A stretch of 32,000 nt of DNA from Candidatus Thorarchaeota archaeon. Lineage in GTDB: Archaea; Asgardarchaeota; Heimdallarchaeia; Hodarchaeales; Hodarchaeaceae. Below the pieces are notes generated by a model. That model ran no database searches. It saw nothing but the letters and a program-made list of their open reading frames with translations, and was not told the DNA's origin. Each line of letters begins with the position of its first letter. The first letter of the stretch is position 1. Location: contig JBHLRO010000032.1 in assembly GCA_048882505.1 (NCBI GenBank), positions 1 through 32,000 on the forward strand. Direction: 5' to 3'. The translations under genes were made by a program, and so were the position numbers. This document shows positions 9,607 to 16,646 of this stretch, piece after piece.

Positions 9607-10100
9607 GTGGCTGGGAATGTCCGAATGAATCAGATATCGAGGAACTTTGATTATAATCCTGAAAATTCTGTCGTCACTCTCTCTCTAAGAGGAAACATTA
9701 TGTTCGGGATAGCAATGACAATGTTTTTGCCGCTATTGGTAATCAGCCTGTTCTCCTATCGTAGCAATATATTGTTGTTTATGGTATTGTCATTGATTGT
9801 CCTTGGATTTACCGTTTGGTTCTATTTTTTGGTATTCAGGGAAATCAAACGAGTAAGATCGGGCTATTATAAAAATTTTGGGCCTTCTCAACCCTCACTT
9901 AAAGGAAACGTGGGTATAGGAGTTTGGTCTATTTATTTCTTTGTTTTGAAATTATTTTGTCCAGTTGGGATTTGAATTTTCCCATGAGAGGTATGTTCAG
10001 TATTATGCTGTTGGTTCCAGTTATTATATTGAATTATCGGCTATTTCAGGATTCTAAATTAATCTGGAAAGCACGAAGTAAGAATTCGGAACCTAGGTAA
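9607..10100 (+). pseudogene. Small multi-pass membrane protein interrupted by a -1 frameshift (or a sequence error)
   Basis: Track ORF 9607-9975 stops just after a hydrophobic segment. The -1 frame is open 9903-10100 and continues LSSWDLNFPMRGMFSIMLLVPVIILNYRLFQDSKLIWKARSKNSEPR*, a further TM helix with a basic tail. Confidence 0.5.
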
Positions 10101-10351
10101 ATGAAATCGATAAATACCTAAAGTGTACCGTTATAGGCATCCAATACTATCGAATTGGCGAAATCGGCCTTTTTTTCGTTAGATCCCAATCATACTATTT
10201 ATTTTGAGGCAAAATTCGATTAAACGCGTTAGATATTTTTACTCTGAATACCGCTATTTCACTTTCGAAGTGCGAATTAATTTTAAAAGGGGAAAGAGTC
10301 CAAAAGGGAAATGATGTTCGCGCATCCACCCTAACTGGGAGTCGATAACAA

Positions 10352-10495
10352 ATGGATATACTCGGTCCGTGTAAAAGGTGCGGAAAACTCATGCGGAGAC
10401 CACACCCCTCTGGGGTGTGCAAAGAATGTCGTAAAAAGACATCCTCACGTCTTCCTGGAACTCCAGATCTCCCCGAACCTTTACGATTTGAATGA
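10352..10495 (+). CDS. 47-aa C4 zinc-finger microprotein (not in the ORF track)
   Basis: MDILGPCKRCGKLMRRPHPSGVCKECRKKTSSRLPGTPDLPEPLRFE*; CxxCG-x11-CxxC; GGGAG at 10337-10341; TTTTAAAA TATA-like element near 10281. Confidence 0.75.
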   Translation: MDILGPCKRCGKLMRRPHPSGVCKECRKKTSSRLPGTPDLPEPLRFE

Positions 10496-10645
10496 ACTGA
10501 GAGACAGCTCATTTATTGTTTAGTTCTTCTCTTCTGTTAACGATTAAGTTCCTTGTTTTTGCAAAGAACAGATAGTGTGTACGTTGCAGCGAATCGTAAC
10601 GTTTATGTGATATCTTGATGAGGACAAAATCCATGGTGTTCTGCT

Positions 10646-11983
10646 GTGACTCTTGATCTATTCAAGCAATATGACCACATAGAGGAAGCTCTACAAGAAG
10701 GAATAGACCCTGAAGAATATATAATTGGTACTTATATGATTCAACTTGGCCCTCGTATGGATCCGTGGTATTTAGGTCGGGCCGCCGCCATGGAACAATC
10801 CACTGGAACTTGGGTACCAGTTCCTGCAAATACGCCAGAATTACGGGCCAAATACGGGGCGAAAGTGGTCGGAGTTTACGAAGTGCCCTCATATGAGTTT
10901 GAAATCCCGAAAAATGTGGAGAGAAGAAATTATATTTATCAAATCGCTTTTCCAATGATCAATCAAACCGATCAAATAGGTCTTATGCTGACCGCGACGA
11001 TTGGAAATATCTCAATGGGAGGTAGGCTTAAGTTATTAGACCTTCGTTTTCCAAAAAAGTGGATCAAATCATTTAAGGGACCGAAATTCGGAATCGGCGG
11101 TTTACGGAAACTTCTGAAAGTTCCTAAGAGACCTCTCCTGAATAACATGATTAAACCATGCAGTGGATGGACCCCAGAAGTTGGCGCGGATCTTTTCTAT
11201 AACGCCGCTTTGGGTGGTTGTGATGTCGTTAAAGATGATGAATTAATCGCAGATATGGATTACAATCGTCTTGCGGATCGTGTTCCCCTGTTCATGGAAA
11301 AAGTAGACCGGGTACGTGAGGAAACGGGTGAGGAAACTCTTTACACCGTGAATATCACGGATAAATTAACTAAGCTTAAGGAAAATGCATTGGTCGTTCA
11401 AGAAGCGGGCGGAAATGCCCTAATGGTTAATTATCTGGTAATTGGATTTCCCGCCTTACGCATGTTGGCAGAAGATCCGGAAATAAAATTACCCATATTA
11501 GGGCATATGGATTTTGCGGGTGCCTTTTATGAGAGTCCCTACTCAGGTGTTTCGAGTTTTTTGATTATGGGCAAGCTTGCTCGCCTTGCGGGGGCCGATA
11601 TCGTCGTATATCCAGCTCCTTATGGAAAGGCTCCGTTTTTGAAGGAAAAATATATTGGGATCGCTCGAGCTCTTCGATATCGTATGCATGGTCTAAAGCC
11701 AACTCTACCCATGCCCTCTGGCGGCATAACACCTGGTATGGTACTTAGAGTGATGAAAGACCTTGGATTTGACATTATGATCGGATCTGGTGGGGGTATT
11801 CACGCTCACCCAAACGGCCCAATAGCGGGTGCAAGGGCATTTCGCCAAGCCATTGACATAGGCATGGTCGAACTGGATGCTGCAATGGAGGATTTCGAAG
11901 ATTACGTCGAGGAGCATGAGGAAGAATACCCAGAACTAAGCGTTGCTATGGAAACATGGGGAGTCTCTGATACACGTTTATGA
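10646..11983 (+). CDS. RuBisCO-like protein (form IV, YkrW/DeepYkr-like enolase/isomerase type)
   Basis: EQSTGTW, IGN, IKPCSG, KDDE, GHMDF, YPAPYGK, PSGG, SGGGIHAHP. Lacks equivalents of K177, R295 and H327. Confidence 0.9.
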   Translation: MTLDLFKQYDHIEEALQEGIDPEEYIIGTYMIQLGPRMDPWYLGRAAAMEQSTGTWVPVPANTPELRAKYGAKVVGVYEVPSYEFEIPKNVERRNYIYQIAFPMINQTDQIGLMLTATIGNISMGGRLKLLDLRFPKKWIKSFKGPKFGIGGLRKLLKVPKRPLLNNMIKPCSGWTPEVGADLFYNAALGGCDVVKDDELIADMDYNRLADRVPLFMEKVDRVREETGEETLYTVNITDKLTKLKENALVVQEAGGNALMVNYLVIGFPALRMLAEDPEIKLPILGHMDFAGAFYESPYSGVSSFLIMGKLARLAGADIVVYPAPYGKAPFLKEKYIGIARALRYRMHGLKPTLPMPSGGITPGMVLRVMKDLGFDIMIGSGGGIHAHPNGPIAGARAFRQAIDIGMVELDAAMEDFEDYVEEHEEEYPELSVAMETWGVSDTRL

Positions 11984-12011
11984 GTCCCAGAGGATCTGGT
12001 TACTTCTCCTC

Positions 12012-12341
12012 TTATTTTCCGCCTGCTGCTGGAGGAAAAATAGCAAGAATATCCTTATTGGTGAGTTTACTTTCCGTTCCTTTTATAAACTTAATATTCC
12101 TGCCATTTAGTAGAATTACGATTGAATCTTGCAGATTTTCGTGCTCCTTATCCTGAAAAACTTCGTTACTTATTTTGGGATAGGTCTGGCAAAGAGCCTG
12201 TAATACCGAGAGCACTGTAGTATCATGGTCAATCTCTTTTTCAATTTCTTTGACCCCTGTCATTTGCCTGAGGGAGGCGAAAAACCTTATTACGACCTTT
12301 CCTATTTTCTGAATCGTATCGTCCATTTTCTTTCCGCTCAA
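12012..12341 (-). CDS. MoaD/ThiS/SAMP-type ubiquitin-like protein ending GG-K
   Basis: IRFFASLRQMTG, ILLNGRNI, AIFPPAAGGK*. TTG start overlaps the upstream TGA (TTGA); alternative ATG at 12326. Confidence 0.9.
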   Translation of the reverse strand: MSGKKMDDTIQKIGKVVIRFFASLRQMTGVKEIEKEIDHDTTVLSVLQALCQTYPKISNEVFQDKEHENLQDSIVILLNGRNIKFIKGTESKLTNKDILAIFPPAAGGK

Positions 12342-14134
12342 ACCCTTGCATTATTCCTGCTAAAGATTTGTCGTAAGATTAGAGGTATGTCACGCGGGGT
12401 CGTGGCTGGAAAGATTTCCCCACGAGTCTCTTTTGCAATGATTCCAGCAACAAAATCATTTACCTCAGGCGGCATTGTGATAATCTTTAATCCTGGCAAC
12501 CGCCATGCAATAACCGAGGGCACCTTTCCTGCATTGACATCGCAGTCACTCATCAAAAAGGCGGTATATTTACCATGCTTTCGTTCTCCAAGTTCTTCTA
12601 TAGCAACTTTTAATCCCAGATAGATATTCGTCAATCCCTTTGGGGTAAGGGAAAATATCTGCTCCACGAGGGTTTCAGGAGATATATCTATATCAAATCG
12701 TTTTAAGACGTGACCTTTTGTTCCGAAGTGAATCACAGCAATATTCTGAGCCTCAAATATATGTGACACCGTTGCGGCGAGGGCCGCAGCTAGTACTACC
12801 TTTTTTCCACTCATCGAGTAACTGGAATCAATGATTAAAAGGGCGGAATGATCGGCTCGCGCACGATTGAAAACTCTCAGTGCCTCGAATTTTCGTATTG
12901 GATTCTCGATCACGGTTTCAATGGTTCCATCAAGATCGAAATCAAGAAATTGCCTCTTTGGTTTTTCAGAAACATACCGTGGTATATTACGCCGTATACC
13001 CAGAAGTTCACTTGTTTCCTGAATAAGTAGTCTTGTGGCCCATTGCACCACACGTTTCCGAAGATCGGCTTGTAACTCGAGCAAAACCGACCCAACCATT
13101 TCGATCTGGTCAGTACCATGTTCAGGAGCAAAATTATCTATTCCCTTTCCTTGAAGGTTCCCCTCGGCTTCATCCGTTGTAACAGCAACCTCTTCATCAA
13201 TTAAGATCGAAGAATCTTCATCGGTCATTTTTTTTTTGAGAATCTCCCAATCCTCTAGATCATCTGGAAATGCGAGCTGGTTAGCGTTTAAAATCTGGAG
13301 AAGAAGTTCTTCGATGATATCTTCCGCTGAGCGATCGCTGCTCGGGTCGATCCATATCTTACCTGATAATGCAGCCCACGCGGAGTCACGAAGCACTTCA
13401 AATGAGCTACGCTCACTCCCCACCTCCACTAAACTGGAGACTATTGTGACAAGATCTATGGCCCCTCGTACAGATGCCCCCTGCTTTATTTCGGGATGTA
13501 TACGAGTAGCTCGTACTAATTGCACTGCAATTCGAATGAACTGGGATTGTATTTCAGGATCTGTTTCTCGTCGTACTATCTCCTGTTCTTCAACTTCTGT
13601 TTGATAATGCATTTGGATACGGATTAAACGATCAAAAAGGGCCCGGCTAATCCGCCCTACACCAACATCATCGAAAGGATTTTGGGCCAACACCACTCTG
13701 AAATCTCTATGCGCCTTAACCTGGCCGATTCTTGGGACAACGAGAACATTTTCCTCAATGGCACGAATCAATGTGTTGCTGGCATCTGGTGCCATTCGGT
13801 TGAATTCATCCACATAAAAGATCCCACCTTCCTCCATGGCCTTATAGAGAGGTCCCTTAATGAAATATTCTGGATGCATTCCGTGCTCCAAAACAAGGGC
13901 TGGATCGAAGTTCCCAACAATCTTGGCTGGTGTCAGATCTGCATTTCCTTCCATGATATATAAAGGAAGGTTTGAGTTTTCAGAAATTTCTGTTAAAATT
14001 GTAGATTTGGAAGTACCCGGGGCTCCCTCTAAAAGAATGTGTTTTCCCGCGTCTAAACATGCAATGATTAATTCCAATTCTCTCCGTCTACCAACCACCG
14101 CCTCTCGAGTGTTTATCAACACATCTCTAAACAA
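12338..14134 (-). CDS. MoxR/CoxD-like AAA+ ATPase fused through an acidic linker to a vWA (MIDAS) domain
   Basis: Walker A EGAPGTSKS, Walker B YVDEFNR, AQNP, ALFDR, SVR; vWA IIDSSYSMS, TNI, MSD; LKKKM junction at residues 299-303. Confidence 0.9.
   Translation of the reverse strand: MFRDVLINTREAVVGRRRELELIIACLDAGKHILLEGAPGTSKSTILTEISENSNLPLYIMEGNADLTPAKIVGNFDPALVLEHGMHPEYFIKGPLYKAMEEGGIFYVDEFNRMAPDASNTLIRAIEENVLVVPRIGQVKAHRDFRVVLAQNPFDDVGVGRISRALFDRLIRIQMHYQTEVEEQEIVRRETDPEIQSQFIRIAVQLVRATRIHPEIKQGASVRGAIDLVTIVSSLVEVGSERSSFEVLRDSAWAALSGKIWIDPSSDRSAEDIIEELLLQILNANQLAFPDDLEDWEILKKKMTDEDSSILIDEEVAVTTDEAEGNLQGKGIDNFAPEHGTDQIEMVGSVLLELQADLRKRVVQWATRLLIQETSELLGIRRNIPRYVSEKPKRQFLDFDLDGTIETVIENPIRKFEALRVFNRARADHSALLIIDSSYSMSGKKVVLAAALAATVSHIFEAQNIAVIHFGTKGHVLKRFDIDISPETLVEQIFSLTPKGLTNIYLGLKVAIEELGERKHGKYTAFLMSDCDVNAGKVPSVIAWRLPGLKIITMPPEVNDFVAGIIAKETRGEIFPATTPRDIPLILRQIFSRNNARV
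13228..13237 (-). repeat. A10 homopolymer (coding strand) at the AAA/vWA junction; candidate slippage site
   Basis: Coding strand reads GGGAG ATT CTC AAA AAA AAA ATG ACC GAT GAA. Confidence 0.9.
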
Positions 14135-14288
14135 ATGACACCACTGGGGTGGGTCTAAGATGAACAGAATATAAAAAAGTAACCTTTCGGGTTTCTTGGG
14201 CCAAGAAAAACTCTAATATTGGTTCGAAGCATTGTTATAGGATCCTATCTTTAGAGGAATATAATCACAAATCATTGGTGATTTAGGT

Positions 14289-15752
14289 ATGAGTACATAT
14301 CAGAAACCTGATATCAAAACAGACTTCTCTAACATGCCTGTTTGGCTCTGGGTAATTATTGCGCTAGGACTGTACCTCTTCGGGGGTTATGCATTTTTTG
14401 ATGTAATTCTTGATCCGGCAAACGAAGAGATTCTCGCAGCTATTGGCCAGACCTTGGCTCTCTTGGTCCCTCTTTCACTGCCATTTCTACCGCTTTTTCT
14501 ATTGTTTGGAGTGCTATTTCTTATTGTTACATTCATCCTCGCATACGTGATTGTATGGATCATGTCAAAACTTGCTCAAGAGGTAACTATGGCTGTCTCT
14601 ATACTATTTCCGATTGCTCTGATTGCAGTAGGTGGCTTACTAGCGACTGCAGGAGCCGTTACATCTGATTCTGATACTGCAGGTCTTCTCTTTGTCGGTA
14701 TATTCATTGCTGGCTTTGGAGTTCTTCTTTTAGCATTTGTTATTTGGAAATTCACAGTCATCAAGAGAAGTGGCCAATTTGTGGAATTTTCTGCTCAGTT
14801 GGTGCTTGCAGAAAAGGCAGTTTTGGCGATGCCAGTTTTACTCGGCTTATATTCAATCGTGACCGGCTTTTTCATGCTATTTGGATTTGTTAAGATAGTT
14901 ACGCTGTTTGCGGTATACAACCCAGACACAATGACCATGGAATGGACTGGCCCTGGTATTTTAGCTGCTATTATATTCGAATACGTCTACTTGGTGGTTT
15001 ATCTTGGCGTATATTACAGCCTTTCCGCAGGAGTTATTTCTTATGCAAGCGATTGGTACCGCGGCTTGGATCCTGATCTTAATTCGGCCATGAAAGACGT
15101 GAGTCAAACATTACCAGTTATTATCAAATTTGCGTTTGCGATGGCAACAGTGAAAATCATTATCTCCGCGGTAACACAGAGCGGACGCCAAGCCATGGCT
15201 GGTCAACGCGGACAGGACAACATAGGTGCTGCCATAGGCGGCTTTATTTTTGCGGCGATTGGAGGTTTCTTTATTTCCCTTTTAGGGGCCATCTGGATGT
15301 TTTTGAATTACTTTACACTGGTTTCTATTGTTCAAAACAAGCGGCATCTCACGGATTCCATTAAAGACTCTGCAAAGACAACATGGAACGCACTGCTTGA
15401 TGTTTTGGTCGGAGAAACAGGATTCGGTCTTACCACATTCATTTTTGCAATCATCAACAGTATTTTATGGATCGTTACAGGATTTGCCCTCGGCTGGGCC
15501 GTTGGCCAGAACATTGGATACGGCATCGTGATAGGATTCATTTTCTTCATCTTAGGAAGTCTCCCGTATAGTGTCGTGACTATGCCCATGAAAGTCGCTT
15601 TTCGCACGTTTATCTATTCGTTTGCGAAAGATACAGTTGAAGGATTTGAGAAACCGAGTAGATTGCCTGCTGAACTTCGAGGCGAGCTAAACGAACTCCG
15701 TAAAAGAGACGTGAAACGCCGCGGCATGCGTGATCCAAGTCAATACTTCTAG
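14289..15752 (+). CDS. About 10-TM membrane protein resembling the CTL/SLC44/Pns1 choline-transporter-like family (DUF6159-like C-terminal half)
   Basis: Motif order recognised by eye: IKRSGQFVEFSAQLVLAEKAVLAMP; SAGVISYASDWY; FLNYFTLVSIVQNKRHLTDSIKDS; RTFIYSFAKD...P..L. Confidence 0.65.
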   Translation: MSTYQKPDIKTDFSNMPVWLWVIIALGLYLFGGYAFFDVILDPANEEILAAIGQTLALLVPLSLPFLPLFLLFGVLFLIVTFILAYVIVWIMSKLAQEVTMAVSILFPIALIAVGGLLATAGAVTSDSDTAGLLFVGIFIAGFGVLLLAFVIWKFTVIKRSGQFVEFSAQLVLAEKAVLAMPVLLGLYSIVTGFFMLFGFVKIVTLFAVYNPDTMTMEWTGPGILAAIIFEYVYLVVYLGVYYSLSAGVISYASDWYRGLDPDLNSAMKDVSQTLPVIIKFAFAMATVKIIISAVTQSGRQAMAGQRGQDNIGAAIGGFIFAAIGGFFISLLGAIWMFLNYFTLVSIVQNKRHLTDSIKDSAKTTWNALLDVLVGETGFGLTTFIFAIINSILWIVTGFALGWAVGQNIGYGIVIGFIFFILGSLPYSVVTMPMKVAFRTFIYSFAKDTVEGFEKPSRLPAELRGELNELRKRDVKRRGMRDPSQYF

Positions 15753-15769
15753 ACTTCAATTTCAGCACT

Positions 15770-15791
15770 TTCTCTCCCTTTCCTTTTTTTT
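15770..15791 (+). terminator. Oligo-T terminator after the SLC44-like gene
   Basis: Pyrimidine tract ending in T8 (15784-15791). Confidence 0.5.
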
Positions 15792-16025
15792 ATCGGATAC
15801 CTATCAACGATATTGTAATAGAGACCTCCGCGACGCGCACGATGAGTATATTTGCTCAAGATTGCTGCTCAGATCTGCTGGTTGGCATCTTCACAAGAGA
15901 ATTCTCGAGTATATGTTAGGTCGCTTAAGACTATCAGGTTTTTCGGATAGTAGAAAGATCCCAAATCCTTTAGCATGATGCCATTCATTTTCACGAGCTG
16001 GATGATTCTTTGATTGAACATTATA

Positions 16026-16628
16026 TCATTCAATTGAAGGCGGCTTAGCGGCTAATTCCTCAAATTTTATTTCTTCTCCCAAGAGAAGCTGAACTTTCGA
16101 GGCCAATCGCGCCACCATTGTTTTGGTATTTCCCTCCTTGTCTACGAAGATTAAAAGGGTCGATAAATCGGATCCTGGTGTAATTTGGTAATCCATTTCC
16201 AGCTGATAGCGATTCACCATTCCCACCATGTCGAGAGGAATAATATGGACTCGAATTGCTTGAACCTGGTTTTTCAAGATCTCTTGTTCTCTGTGCCATC
16301 GGAAGAAGGCTGATCCGAATATTATTCTTCCCTCTTTGCCATTCTTCACCAATGTATATTCCTTCCACCCGAACTCTCGTACTGAAACCAACAGGCAGCC
16401 GCCTCCAAACATGAAAACAATAGAAAGGTAAGGAAAAAGTTCACTCTGAATAATTCCCAAAGTAAGAAGGGCCCATATTCCACTCGCCGCGGTAAATGTC
16501 AGTAATCCCCAAACAAATAGGATTTGGAACATTAAGCCAAGTATGAGAAAGAATAACGCGGTTGGCAGGTTCCCACTCTTGATAATCCTGAGTTCCGCTG
16601 GATCAGTGTCAAATATTTCAATTGGCAT
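16026..16628 (-). CDS. Hypothetical membrane protein (2-3 N-terminal TM helices plus a small soluble domain)
   Basis: 200-aa ORF, co-oriented 18 nt downstream of the acyl-CoA ligase; hydrophobic residues 22-82. Confidence 0.75.
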   Translation of the reverse strand: MPIEIFDTDPAELRIIKSGNLPTALFFLILGLMFQILFVWGLLTFTAASGIWALLTLGIIQSELFPYLSIVFMFGGGCLLVSVREFGWKEYTLVKNGKEGRIIFGSAFFRWHREQEILKNQVQAIRVHIIPLDMVGMVNRYQLEMDYQITPGSDLSTLLIFVDKEGNTKTMVARLASKVQLLLGEEIKFEELAAKPPSIE

Positions 16629-16646
16629 GGATTTCCCACATTCATC

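Noticed and set aside
10195-10512. Track ORF 10195-10512 (-)
   Set aside because: Antisense shadow of the zinc-finger microprotein.
10646-11983. Calling the RLP a true RuBisCO (rbcL, form III)
   Set aside because: K177, R295 and H327 equivalents are absent.
12338-14134. Assigning cbbQ/cbbO or chlI/chlD gene symbols
   Set aside because: Motifs support only the MoxR-AAA plus vWA level; orthology needs a phylogeny.
15730-16020. Track ORF 15730-15978 (+) and a 50-codon minus ORF (MFNQRIIQLVK...)
   Set aside because: No motif or RBS; the + ORF overlaps the upstream gene end and crosses its terminator.
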